64,000 bases of DNA, from NCBI GenBank assembly GCA_041675885.1, contig JBAYSY010000005.1, forward strand, positions 7,652 through 71,651, in the 5' to 3' direction. The position numbers and the translations under genes are program-made. Of this stretch, positions 46,200-55,860 are shown one piece after another (position 1 is the stretch's first letter; each line of letters begins with the position of its first letter). The DNA comes from Gemmobacter sp. Its GTDB lineage: Bacteria; Pseudomonadota; Alphaproteobacteria; Rhodobacterales; Rhodobacteraceae. A model generated the notes under the pieces. It was not told the origin of the DNA. It searched no databases and worked only from the letters and a program-made list of their open reading frames with translations.

Positions 46200-47201
46200 A
46201 TGACCACCCATACCTTTTCCTGCATCGACGGGCATACCTGCGGCAACCCGGTGCGGCTGGTCTCGGGCGGCGGCCCCCGGCTGGAAGGCGCGACCATGCT
46301 GGAAAGGCGCGCCCATTTCCTGCGCGACTTCGACTGGATCCGCACCGGGCTGATGTATGAGCCGCGCGGCCATGACATGATGTCCGGCTCGATCCTCTAT
46401 CCGCCGACGCGGGGGGATTGCGACGTGGCGGTGCTGTTCATCGAGACCTCGGGCTGTCTGCCGATGTGCGGCCACGGGCTGATCGGCACGGTCACGATGG
46501 GGATCGAGAACGGCCTCATCACCCCGCGCGAACCCGGGCGCCTGTCCATCGACACCCCCGCCGGGCGGGTGGACGTGACATACCGGCAGGAAGGCCGCTT
46601 TGTCGAGGAGGTGCGGCTGACCAACGTCCCCGGCTTTCTTCACGCCGAAGGGCTGACCGCCGAGGTCGCGGGACTGGGCGAGATCGTGGTGGACGTGGCC
46701 TATGGCGGCAATTTCTACGCCATCGTCGAGCCGCAGAAGAATTTCCGCGACATGGCCGACCATACGGCGGGCGAGTTGGTCGGCTGGTCGCCGAAACTGC
46801 GGGCGGCGCTGAACGAGAAATACGACTTCACCCACCCCGAGCACCCGGAAATCCGCGGGCTTTCGCATATCCTCTGGACCGGGGCGCCGACCGTGCCGGG
46901 CGCCCATGCCCGCAACGCGGTATTCTATGGCGAAAAGGCCATCGACCGCTCGCCCTGCGGCACCGGCACCTCGGCCCGCATGGCGCAGCTTGCTGCCAGG
47001 GGGCGGTTGAAGCCCGGCGACGGGTTCTGGCACGAATCCATCATCGGCTCGATCTTCAAGGGCCGGGTCGAGGCGTCGGCGACGGTGGGCGGGCGCGCGG
47101 CGATCATCCCCTCGGTTTCCGGCTGGGCGCGGATGACCGGCTACAACACGATCTTCATCGACGACCGCGACCCCTTCGCGCATGGCTTTGTCGTCAGATG
47201 A
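46200..47201 (+). CDS. Proline-racemase-family enzyme with a Cys/Cys catalytic pair, probable 4-hydroxyproline 2-epimerase
   Basis: PMCGHG (Cys codon 46467-46469) and DRSPCGTG (Cys codon 46956-46958). Confidence 0.85.
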   Translation: MTTHTFSCIDGHTCGNPVRLVSGGGPRLEGATMLERRAHFLRDFDWIRTGLMYEPRGHDMMSGSILYPPTRGDCDVAVLFIETSGCLPMCGHGLIGTVTMGIENGLITPREPGRLSIDTPAGRVDVTYRQEGRFVEEVRLTNVPGFLHAEGLTAEVAGLGEIVVDVAYGGNFYAIVEPQKNFRDMADHTAGELVGWSPKLRAALNEKYDFTHPEHPEIRGLSHILWTGAPTVPGAHARNAVFYGEKAIDRSPCGTGTSARMAQLAARGRLKPGDGFWHESIIGSIFKGRVEASATVGGRAAIIPSVSGWARMTGYNTIFIDDRDPFAHGFVVR

Positions 47202-48886
47202 CCCCCGCAATGCCCCTCACCGCGCACGGCATCCTTTCCGGCAGCGCCGAGGGCCCGATCCTTGCCACCGGCGAGGCGCTGAGCTTCTGGGGCGGGGTCG
47301 ATCCCGCCACCGGCCGGATCATCGACGTCCACCACCCGCTGCACGGGGCCTGCATCACCGGAACGGTGCTGATGATGCCGACGACGCGCGGTTCCTGCAC
47401 CGGCTCGGGCGTGCTGCTGGACCTCGCGCTGTCGGGCAAGGCCCCGGCGGCGCTGGTCTTTTCCGAGGCCGAAGACGTGGTGACGCTTGGCGCGCTGATC
47501 GCGGCCGGGATGTTCGGCCACAAGCTGCCGGTGCTGCGGCTTTCGCCCGGGGCCTTCGCGGCGCTGGCACGCGAGCCCGGGGCCCGGATCACCGATGCGG
47601 CGGTCACGGCGGGGGCGCTCCGGCTTGCGGTCACGCCCCCGGCGGCCCCGGCACTGGAACTGGAGCCGGGGGACCGGGCGCTTCTTGACGGCAAGGGGGG
47701 CGTCGCGGCGCAGCTCGCGATGCGGATCATCTGCGCGATGGCGGCGGCGCAGGGGGCCGGGCGGCTGATCGACGTGACCCGCGCCCATATCGACGGCTGC
47801 ATCTACGCCAGCCCCGCGAACCTCACCTTCGCCGAGCGGATGGCGGGGATGGGGGCCCGGGTGAAGGTGCCCACCACGATGAACGCGATCTCGGTTGACC
47901 GGCGGAACTGGCAGGCACAGGGGGTGCCGCCAGCCTTCGGCGGACCGGCGGCGCGGCTGGCGGATGCCTATCTGCGGATGGGCTGCGCGGCGACCTTCAC
48001 CTGTGCGCCCTATCTTCTCGACGACGCGCCGGAACAGGGCGAGGCCATCGGCTGGGCGGAATCGAACGCGGTGATCTATGCCAACTCGGTCCTTGGCGCG
48101 CGCACCGCGAAACACCCGGACTTCCTGGACCTGTGCATCGCGCTGACCGGGCGGGCGCCGCTGGCCGGGGTCTATCTGGACGCGCAGCGGGTGGCGCAAC
48201 GGATCATCGAGGTGGAATTGCCCGAACAGGTGGACGACGCCTTCTGGCCGCTGGCGGGCTACATGGCCGGGCTTGCCGCGCCGGACCGGATTCCGCTGCT
48301 GCGCGGGCTGGCCCCGGCGCGACCGGGGCCGGACGACCTGAAGGCGCTCTGCGCGGCCTTCGGCACCACCTCCGCCGCGCCGATGCTGCATATCGAGGGG
48401 GTGACGCCCGAGGCCGGTGCCCCGGCCGCCGATGCCGACCGCACCCGGATCACACGCGGGGCGATGCGCGAGGCATGGGCCCGGCTCAACGAAGGGCCGG
48501 AGGCGGTGGAACTGGTGGCATTCGGCAGCCCCCATGCCTCGCTTGCCGAATGCCGGGCGCTTGCGGCGGCGCTGGACGGGCGCCGGGTGAAGGTGGCCAC
48601 CATCGTCACCGCCGGGCGGGCGGTGATCGCGGCGGCAGGGGCCGAGGGCACGCTGGACCGTCTGGAAGCCAGCGGCGTGCAGGTGCTGCCCGACCTCTGC
48701 TGGTGCTCGATCTCCGAGCCGGTGTTCCCGGCGGCGACCCGGACGCTGATGACCAATTCGGGCAAATATGCCCATTACGGGCCGGGTCTGTCGGGCCGCG
48801 CGGTCCGCTTTGGCGGGCTTGCCGCCTGTGTGGCGGCGGCGCTGGACGGGCGCGCGGCCCGCGACCTGCCGCACTGGCTGGAGTAA
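47198..48886 (+). CDS. Fused aconitase-X (DUF126 swivel plus DUF521 catalytic) protein, probable cis-3-hydroxy-L-proline dehydratase
   Basis: ATGA overlap with the epimerase stop. The N-terminal part of about 130 aa is DUF126-like ([15 protein letters not shown]...HPL.G). The remainder is DUF521-like (HIDGCIY..., [15 protein letters not shown]). Confidence 0.75.
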   Translation: MTPAMPLTAHGILSGSAEGPILATGEALSFWGGVDPATGRIIDVHHPLHGACITGTVLMMPTTRGSCTGSGVLLDLALSGKAPAALVFSEAEDVVTLGALIAAGMFGHKLPVLRLSPGAFAALAREPGARITDAAVTAGALRLAVTPPAAPALELEPGDRALLDGKGGVAAQLAMRIICAMAAAQGAGRLIDVTRAHIDGCIYASPANLTFAERMAGMGARVKVPTTMNAISVDRRNWQAQGVPPAFGGPAARLADAYLRMGCAATFTCAPYLLDDAPEQGEAIGWAESNAVIYANSVLGARTAKHPDFLDLCIALTGRAPLAGVYLDAQRVAQRIIEVELPEQVDDAFWPLAGYMAGLAAPDRIPLLRGLAPARPGPDDLKALCAAFGTTSAAPMLHIEGVTPEAGAPAADADRTRITRGAMREAWARLNEGPEAVELVAFGSPHASLAECRALAAALDGRRVKVATIVTAGRAVIAAAGAEGTLDRLEASGVQVLPDLCWCSISEPVFPAATRTLMTNSGKYAHYGPGLSGRAVRFGGLAACVAAALDGRAARDLPHWLE

Positions 48887-48895
48887 GGGGGAAAG

Positions 48896-49936
48896 ATGCG
48901 CAGCACCAGAACCATCCATGTGATCTCCGCCCATGCCGAGGGCGAGGTGGGCGACGTGATCGTCGGCGGCGTCGCCCCGCCGCCGGGCGATACGATCTGG
49001 GAACAAAGCCGCTGGATCGCCCGCGACGGGGCGCTGCGCGACCTCGTTCTGAACGAGCCGCGCGGCGGGGTGTTCCGCCATGTGAACCTGCTGGTGCCGC
49101 CAAAACACCCCGACGCCGACGCCGCCTTCATCATCATGGAGCCCGAGGACACGCCGCCGATGTCGGGCTCGAACTCGATCTGCGTGGCCACCGTGCTTCT
49201 GGATGCGGGTATCCTGCCGATGACCGGGCCGGTGACCGAATTCACCATGGAGGCGCCGGGCGGGCTGGTCAGGGTGCGGGCGGAATGCCGGGACGGCAAG
49301 GCCGAACGGATCAATGTCGCCAACCTGCCAAGCTTTGCCGAACGGCTTGACGCGCCGCTGGAGGTCGAGGGGCTGGGAACGCTCACGGTCGATACCGCCT
49401 ATGGCGGCGACAGTTTCGTGATCGTCGATGCCCCGGCACTCGGCTTTGCGCTGACGCCGGACGAGGCGCGCGACATCGCCGGGCTTGGGGTGCGGATCAC
49501 CGATGCGGCCAATGCGGCGCTTGGCTTCCGCCACCCGGAGAACCCGGACTGGCGGCACTTTTCCTTCTGCCTCTTCGCCGGGGCGGTCACGCGCGAGGGG
49601 GCCGCGCTGCGGGCCGGGGCGGCGGTGGCGATCCAGCCCGGCAAGGTGGATCGCTCGCCCACCGGCACCGCGCTTTCGGCCCGGATGGCGGTGCTGCATG
49701 CGCGCGGCGAGATGCAGGAAGGCGAGACGCTGACCACGGTCTCGCTGATCGGCTCGACCTTCACCGGCCGAATCCTCGGGCAGACCCGGGTCGGCGACCT
49801 GCCCGCGATCCGCCCCGAAATATCGGGGCGCGGCTGGATCACCGGCATCCACCAGCACATGCTCGACCCCTCGGACCCATGGCCACGGGGCTATCGCCTG
49901 TCCGACACCTGGGGCGCAGGCCGGGCCCGGCGCTGA
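48896..49936 (+). CDS. Proline-racemase-family paralogue with Ser/Thr at the two catalytic positions (candidate trans-3-hydroxy-L-proline dehydratase or other non-racemase)
   Basis: PMSGSN (Ser codon 49163-49165) and DRSPTGTA (Thr codon 49661-49663) align with the Cys positions of the neighbouring paralogue. Confidence 0.8.
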   Translation: MRSTRTIHVISAHAEGEVGDVIVGGVAPPPGDTIWEQSRWIARDGALRDLVLNEPRGGVFRHVNLLVPPKHPDADAAFIIMEPEDTPPMSGSNSICVATVLLDAGILPMTGPVTEFTMEAPGGLVRVRAECRDGKAERINVANLPSFAERLDAPLEVEGLGTLTVDTAYGGDSFVIVDAPALGFALTPDEARDIAGLGVRITDAANAALGFRHPENPDWRHFSFCLFAGAVTREGAALRAGAAVAIQPGKVDRSPTGTALSARMAVLHARGEMQEGETLTTVSLIGSTFTGRILGQTRVGDLPAIRPEISGRGWITGIHQHMLDPSDPWPRGYRLSDTWGAGRARR

Positions 49937-50048
49937 CCGGCGCAGGGCGGGACAGCAGGCGGCAGGCAACACGGCGGCGGATCGGAAGGGAAATCAACAA
50001 TGGAAAGCCCACCGGGCGATCCTCAAGGCGTTTCCGCAACTCCGAACC

Positions 50049-50093
50049 GAAAAAGTCTGTCAACTTTTTCTGAAATTGCTTTATGATTCAGAA
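50049..50093. promoter_or_regulatory. AT-rich island with two adjacent perfect inverted repeats
   Basis: GAAAAAGT-ctgtca-ACTTTTTC (50049-50070) and TTCTGAA-N12-TTCAGAA (50068-50093). It lies about 155-200 nt upstream of the second T1SS ABC gene and 110 nt downstream of the preceding gene. Confidence 0.4.
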
Positions 50094-50246
50094 AACTTGA
50101 ATGGCTCCGCGGTTGCCCCCGCAGGCTGCCGTCCGTATTCAGATGGCGGTGCGATGGCAACCCGCAAGCGGAGGTGGCGCACCGGGGGCACAGGGTCATA
50201 AGGTAACGCTTCGGGGGCATTCGGGGGCAAGGGACGGTCGGGACGG

Positions 50247-51983
50247 ATGAGTGACAAGGCATCAGCCCGCGGTCGGGCCGAGTTGCGCGCGGCACGCGGC
50301 GAAAGCCGCAGGCTGTTCGCGGCGATCTTCCTGTTCAGCATCTTCGTCAACCTGCTGATGCTGACCGGCCCGATCTACATGTTGCAGATCTACGACCGGG
50401 TGCTCGGCTCCCGGTCCGAGGAAACGCTGGTGGCGCTGACCGTGCTGGTGGCGTTCCTGTTCCTTGCCATGGGGCTGCTGGACCATTCCCGCAGCCGGAT
50501 CGCGGCGCGGATCGGCGCGCGGTTTCAGGACCGGCTTGACCGGCGGGTGTTCTCGGCCTCGCTGCGGGCGATGGCGGTGCAGCCGGAAAACACGGCGGCG
50601 GCGGCCGGGCAGCGCGATCTCGAAGCAATCCAGCGGCTGCTGGCCTCGCCCGCGCTGATGGCGCTGGCCGACATTCCCTGGACGCCCCTGTTCATCGGCG
50701 CGATCTTCATCTTCCACCCGTGGCTTGGCCTGCTGGCGCTGGCCGGCGCGGCGGTGCTGATCCTGACCACGATCCTCAATCAGGCGTTCAGCGCCGGGCC
50801 GTTGCAGCGCGCCAACATGGCCGCCATGCACGCCGAACGGATGGCCGACCAGATCAAGGCCGAGGCCGAGATCGTCCAGAGCCTCGGGATGCGCGGGGCC
50901 GCCTTCGCCCGCTGGCAAAAGGCACGGGGCGCGGCACTGGCGGCGACGATGAGGGCGGGCGACCTGGGCGGCGGCTTCACCGCCACCTCCAAGACCTTCC
51001 GGCTGTTCCTGCAATCGGCGATCCTCGGCCTTGGCGCATATCTGGTGTTGCAGCACGAGCTGACGGCGGGGGCGATGATCGCCGCCTCGATCCTGCTCGG
51101 GCGGGCACTGGCCCCCATCGAACTGGCCATCGGCCAGTGGGGTCTGGTGCAGCGCGCGCAGGAGGGTTGGGGGCGGCTGGCGGAACTGCTGTCCCGCGTC
51201 CCGCCCGAACCCACGCTTACCGCCCTTCCCCGCCCGCGCGCCATCCTGGAGGCGCAAAGCCTGACCGTGGTCCCCCCCGGCGAACAGTTCGCGGCGCTGC
51301 GCATGGTCTCGTTCCGGCTGGAGCCGGGGCAGGCCATGGGGGTGATCGGCCCTTCCGGGGCGGGGAAATCGACGCTGGCCCGCGCGGTGACCGGGGTGTG
51401 GCATCCGGCCGGGGGCAAGGTGCGGCTCGACGGGGCCGCGCTCGACCAATACGACCCCGACGTGCTGGGCAGCCATATCGGCCACCTGCCGCAGCGGGTG
51501 ACGCTGTTCGACGGCACCATCGCCGAGAACATCGCCCGGCTGCGCGGCGACGCCGACCCCGAGGCGGTGGTCGAGGCCGCGAAAAAGGCGGCGGCGCATG
51601 AGATGATCCTGCAATTCCCCGACGGCTACGACACCCGCGTCTCGGCGATCGGCGGGCGGCTGTCGGGCGGGCAGATGCAGCGCATCGGGCTGGCGCGGGC
51701 GATGTATGGCAACCCGGTGATCCTCGTGCTGGACGAGCCGAACTCGAACCTCGACAACGAGGGTTCCGCCGCGCTCAACATCGCGATCCGACAGATGAAG
51801 GAGGCGGGCAAGGCGGTGATGATCATGGCGCACCGCCCGGCGGCGATCCAGGAATGCGAGGTGCTCTTGGTGCTGGAAAACGGCGTCCGCACGGCCTTCG
51901 GTCCGCGCGACACGGTGCTGCGCGACATGGTGAAGAACCATACCGAGATCATCCGCAGCGCCGGGCCGGGGGGTGTGTCGTGA
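50247..51983 (+). CDS. Type I secretion ABC permease/ATPase (PrtD family), second copy
   Basis: IYMLQIYDRVLGSRS motif, Walker A GPSGAGKST, LSGGQMQR, LVLDEP. Confidence 0.9.
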   Translation: MSDKASARGRAELRAARGESRRLFAAIFLFSIFVNLLMLTGPIYMLQIYDRVLGSRSEETLVALTVLVAFLFLAMGLLDHSRSRIAARIGARFQDRLDRRVFSASLRAMAVQPENTAAAAGQRDLEAIQRLLASPALMALADIPWTPLFIGAIFIFHPWLGLLALAGAAVLILTTILNQAFSAGPLQRANMAAMHAERMADQIKAEAEIVQSLGMRGAAFARWQKARGAALAATMRAGDLGGGFTATSKTFRLFLQSAILGLGAYLVLQHELTAGAMIAASILLGRALAPIELAIGQWGLVQRAQEGWGRLAELLSRVPPEPTLTALPRPRAILEAQSLTVVPPGEQFAALRMVSFRLEPGQAMGVIGPSGAGKSTLARAVTGVWHPAGGKVRLDGAALDQYDPDVLGSHIGHLPQRVTLFDGTIAENIARLRGDADPEAVVEAAKKAAAHEMILQFPDGYDTRVSAIGGRLSGGQMQRIGLARAMYGNPVILVLDEPNSNLDNEGSAALNIAIRQMKEAGKAVMIMAHRPAAIQECEVLLVLENGVRTAFGPRDTVLRDMVKNHTEIIRSAGPGGVS

Positions 51984-53293
51984 AATCCGCGGGGAACGGC
52001 AACGCCGGATGGTCGGTCTCGCGCCCGGTGGGGATCGGGCTTCTGACCGTGGCGGCGCTGGTCGGCGGTCTCGGCGGCTGGGGGGCGACGGCGGAAATCT
52101 CGGGCGCCGTGGTGGCCACCGGACAGGTCGAGGTCGAGCAGAACCGTCAGGTCGTGCAGCATTCCGACGGCGGCATCGTGTCGGAGATTTTCGTCACCGA
52201 AGGCGCCACCGTCACGGCGGGCGATGTGGTGATGCGGCTCGACGGGGCGTTGCTGCGCTCGGAACTTGTCATCGTCGAAAGCCAGTTGTTCGAGTTGCAG
52301 GCCCGCCGTGGCCGGCTGGAGGCCGAGCGCGACGGCAACGACACCCCGACCTTCCCCGAAGAACTGGTCGGCACCGCCGCCGCCCGCCCCGAGGTGGCCG
52401 AACTGATGGAAGGCCAGGTCCGCCTGTTCGAGGCCCGGCGCGAGACCATCGACCAGCAGCTTGAGCAACTGGCGAAGCGGGTCGAGCAGACCGAAAGCCT
52501 GATCGTCGGCGTCGATGCCCAGCGCGATGCGCTGGGGGTGCAACTCGACCTGATCGGGCAGGAACTGGCCAGCCAGCAGGAGTTGCTGGACAAGGGGCTT
52601 GCGCAGGTGTCGCGGGTGCTGGCGCTGCAACGCGAACAGGCCCGGCTCAGCGGCATCGTCGGCGAACTGACCGCCTCGCGCGCGCAGGCCGAGGGCCGGA
52701 TCACCGAGACCGAGATCGAGCGGCTGCGCCTGATCTCCGCCCGGCGCGAGGAAGCAAGCGTCCAGCTCCGCGACCTCGGCTTCCGTGAACTGGAACTGGC
52801 CGAACGCCGCCGTGCCCTGCTGGAACGGATCGCCCGGCTCGACATCCGCGCCCCGGTCTCGGGCGTGGTGCTGGGGCTGCGGGTCACGACGCCACAGGCG
52901 GTGGTGCGGGCGGCCGATCCGGTGATGCACCTGATCCCGCAGGACCGCCCGCTGGTGATCGCCGCCCGGATACCGACGATCCACATCGACCAGGTGCGGG
53001 TGGGACAGGAGGCCAAGCTGATGTTCACCTCCTTCTCGATCCGCAGCACGCCCGAGGTCTCGGGCATGGTCTCGGTGGTCTCGGCCGACGTGTTCACCGA
53101 CGATCTGACCGGCGCACCCTACTACCGGGCCGAGATCATGATCGGCGAGGGCGAACTGGCCCGGCTGGGCGAGGTGACGTTGCTGCCGGGGATGCCGGTC
53201 GAGGCGTTCATCCGCACCGACGACCGCACACCGCTGGAGTTTCTGGTCAAGCCGCTGACGGATTACTTCACCCGCGCCTTCCGCGAGACCTGA
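51980..53293 (+). CDS. HlyD-family type I secretion membrane fusion protein, second copy
   Basis: GTG start overlapping the ABC stop (GTGA). TM segment, then ISGAVVATGQVEVEQNRQVVQHSDGGIVSEIFVTEG. Confidence 0.85.
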   Translation: MKSAGNGNAGWSVSRPVGIGLLTVAALVGGLGGWGATAEISGAVVATGQVEVEQNRQVVQHSDGGIVSEIFVTEGATVTAGDVVMRLDGALLRSELVIVESQLFELQARRGRLEAERDGNDTPTFPEELVGTAAARPEVAELMEGQVRLFEARRETIDQQLEQLAKRVEQTESLIVGVDAQRDALGVQLDLIGQELASQQELLDKGLAQVSRVLALQREQARLSGIVGELTASRAQAEGRITETEIERLRLISARREEASVQLRDLGFRELELAERRRALLERIARLDIRAPVSGVVLGLRVTTPQAVVRAADPVMHLIPQDRPLVIAARIPTIHIDQVRVGQEAKLMFTSFSIRSTPEVSGMVSVVSADVFTDDLTGAPYYRAEIMIGEGELARLGEVTLLPGMPVEAFIRTDDRTPLEFLVKPLTDYFTRAFRET

Positions 53294-53375
53294 CCCCCCT
53301 TGCCCGCCCCGGCGCGGGCGGTTAGCGTCCGGCCCGGACCTGCGGCCCCGGAAACCTGTGTCAAGGAGACACCTC

Positions 53376-53840
53376 ATGAGCGGAAAGATCGAAGCACGGC
53401 TGGCGGAACTCGGCGCGGTGCTGCCCGACGCCCCGGCCCCGGCGGCGAATTACGTGCCCTTCGTGAAATCGGGCAATACCGTCTATGTCTCGGGCCAGAT
53501 CAGCGCCGATGAAAACGGCCTCATCACCGGCAAGCTCGGGGCCGACCTCGACGTGGCGGCGGGCGCGGCGGCGGCGAAACGTTGCGCGCTGTCGCTGCTG
53601 GCGCAGCTGCGCGCCGCCTGCGACGGCGACCTCGACCGGCTGGTGCGGGTGGTGAAACTGGTGGGCTTCGTCAACTCGACCGCCGATTTCACCGACCAGC
53701 CCAAGGTGGTCAACGGCGCCTCGGATTTCCTGGTCGAGGCACTGGGCGACGCCGGGCGCCATGCCCGTTCGGCGGTCTCGGCGGCCTCGCTGCCGTTCGG
53801 CGTCGCGGTCGAGATTGAAGCGATCTTCGAGATCGCCTGA
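53376..53840 (+). CDS. RidA/YjgF/UK114-family protein
   Basis: The ATG is preceded by AAGGAGA. The fold signature is typical of the family (VYVSGQIS..., ARSAVSAASLPFGVAVEIEAIFEI). Confidence 0.8.
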   Translation: MSGKIEARLAELGAVLPDAPAPAANYVPFVKSGNTVYVSGQISADENGLITGKLGADLDVAAGAAAAKRCALSLLAQLRAACDGDLDRLVRVVKLVGFVNSTADFTDQPKVVNGASDFLVEALGDAGRHARSAVSAASLPFGVAVEIEAIFEIA

Positions 53841-54613
53841 TGGTCGGCCGCCCCCCCGCGCCGCCGCTGCCCGACGCCTTCCTGGCCGCGCCGATCGCCC
53901 ATCGCGGCTACCACGACCGCGCCGCCGGCCGGATCGAGAACTCGCGCGCCGCCTTCCGGGCGGCGATCGACGCGGGCTACGGGATCGAGCTTGACCTGCA
54001 ACTGTCGGCCGACGGCCGCGCGATGGTGTTCCACGACCATGCGCTGGAACGGCTGACCGGGCTCGGCGGCACGGTGCATACCTCGACCGCCGCCGAACTC
54101 GGGGCGATCCGGCTTCTGGACAGCGAGGAGGGCATCCCCACCTTCCGCGAGGTGCTGGACCTAGTGGCGGGCCGGGTGCCGCTGCTGGTCGAGATCAAGG
54201 ACCAGGACGGGGCGATGGGGCCGAACGTGGGCGCGCTGGAGGCCGCCGCCTGCGCCGACCTCGCGGGCTACGACGGCCCGGTGGCGCTGATGTCCTTCAA
54301 CCCACATTCGGTCGCGGCACTGGCCCGCCACGCGCCCGGCATCCCGCGCGGCCTGACCACATCGGGTTTCGCGCCGGAACAGTCGAAGCCGCTCAGCCCC
54401 GCCGTCTGCGAGCGGCTGCGCGGCATCCCCGACTACGACCGGGTGGGGGCCTCGTTCATCTCGCACCACTGGCAGGATCTTTCCCGGCCCCGGGTGGCGG
54501 AACTGAAGGCCGCGGGCGCGGCGCTGCTGTGCTGGACCATACGCAGGCCGGAAGAAGAGACCGAGGCACGGCGGATCGCGCAGAACATCACCTTCGAGGG
54601 CTACGCCGCCTGA
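53840..54613 (+). CDS. Glycerophosphodiester phosphodiesterase family protein
   Basis: IAHRGY...ENS..AF..A...G..IELDLQLSADG..VVFHD motif set. Confidence 0.8.
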   Translation: MVGRPPAPPLPDAFLAAPIAHRGYHDRAAGRIENSRAAFRAAIDAGYGIELDLQLSADGRAMVFHDHALERLTGLGGTVHTSTAAELGAIRLLDSEEGIPTFREVLDLVAGRVPLLVEIKDQDGAMGPNVGALEAAACADLAGYDGPVALMSFNPHSVAALARHAPGIPRGLTTSGFAPEQSKPLSPAVCERLRGIPDYDRVGASFISHHWQDLSRPRVAELKAAGAALLCWTIRRPEEETEARRIAQNITFEGYAA

Positions 54614-54624
54614 ACCGTCGCGGA

Positions 54625-54661
54625 AGGGGGCTTTCCGCCCCCTCTTGGCCTTCGGCCAATT
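54625..54661. terminator. Tandem hairpins after the GDPD gene
   Basis: AGGGGGC-tttcc-GCCCCCT, then TTGGCC-ttc-GGCCAA followed by TT. Confidence 0.5.
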
Positions 54662-54885
54662 CACCCCCGAGAGTATTTTTGGCAAGATGAAGATTAACAA
54701 GAGTTTTTATTCTTCTTCTGTCTGAAAATATCCCCGCCGGAGGCTCCCGCACTCTCCGTCAGCGCAGTGCGGGGCTGTAGCGCACCATCCCCGGCCGCAG
54801 CCCCGCGCCCGAAGGGCGCGCCGGGCCCAACGCCTTGTCGCGCGCCAAAGCGCGCCACAAGGGGGCGGGAGCCTCCCCGCCCGGC

Positions 54886-55704
54886 TCAATCCCCCAGCTT
54901 GGCGTGCACCTCGTCGAGATCGACCTCGCCCTTGGGCATCTTGTTGTCGGGATCGTCGAAATCGTATCTGAACAACTGGAAGTCGCGCTTGTAGATTTCC
55001 CACATCAGGTGTTTCGACAGGTCGTCGAAATAGGCGCCGACCGGGTGGGCGCGTTTCGGCCCGTGGCCCTCGCTTTCGTTGAACCTCGGCACCGTGGAAA
55101 GGTCCACCTTCACCGGCGTCTCGATCCGGTCGAGCACATGCTGCAACCCTTCGTTGAACTTTTCGGTGAAGAAGATGTGGTCGTAGCGCCCGCCGTTGGC
55201 GATGAAGGTCGAGATATGGCCCGACATCGCCGACCAGTGGATATCGGGTTCCATCGGCTTGCGGAAGCGGATCGTGTCGCGCGCGAACAGGAGGAACCGG
55301 CGGAAGCTGGCGATCTGGTCGAACTCCTGCTTGCCGTCGGGGCCGCCGACCTCGATCCCGTATTTCCGGGTCAGCATCGGCACCAGGTTGCCGCGATAGC
55401 GTTTGCCGTTGCGCTGGATGCCGCAGATCTTGTCGAAGAACGACGACAGGATCCTCGTGTAGGGGTTGCGCACGCAGGTGAAGGCGAAGGAGGCGTGGCT
55501 GCGCACATTCGCCTCGATCTTCGGCTGGCTGCCCGGCTGCGCCCATTTGTGCAACCCTTCGGCCGCGTCATGGATATCGCCGTCGAAGAAGCGGCCGTGG
55601 TCGGAATAGAACATCACCTGCCCGATGGTCGAACAGGCGCATTTCGGAACGACGCGATAGACGACGCTTTCGCTCTCGGTCATCCAGGTACCGGGGAACC
55701 CCAT
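54886..55704 (-). CDS. Sulfotransferase family 2 protein
   Basis: A 5'-PSB-like VVPKCACSTIGQ motif near the N-terminus. The start is uncertain (55704, 55683 or 55773). Confidence 0.7.
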   Translation of the reverse strand: MGFPGTWMTESESVVYRVVPKCACSTIGQVMFYSDHGRFFDGDIHDAAEGLHKWAQPGSQPKIEANVRSHASFAFTCVRNPYTRILSSFFDKICGIQRNGKRYRGNLVPMLTRKYGIEVGGPDGKQEFDQIASFRRFLLFARDTIRFRKPMEPDIHWSAMSGHISTFIANGGRYDHIFFTEKFNEGLQHVLDRIETPVKVDLSTVPRFNESEGHGPKRAHPVGAYFDDLSKHLMWEIYKRDFQLFRYDFDDPDNKMPKGEVDLDEVHAKLGD

Positions 55705-55860
55705 GAAATCATCTCTCTCCGTCTGCCGCGCGCCGCCATGGTGGCGCTGGCGCATCGCGGCACAAAGAAGCAAACAATCCCCGGCTTTTCAACGGGGAAC
55801 AAAGCCCGCTATTGAATTATCGGGACGGTATCCGCCTGTTGCGGGCAAATCGGGTCGAGT

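Noticed and set aside
46418-47197. A 260-codon N-terminal extension of the aconitase-X ORF
   Set aside because: It overlaps the well-supported epimerase gene in another frame. The DUF126-like sequence begins at the ATG at 47198, which overlaps the epimerase stop.
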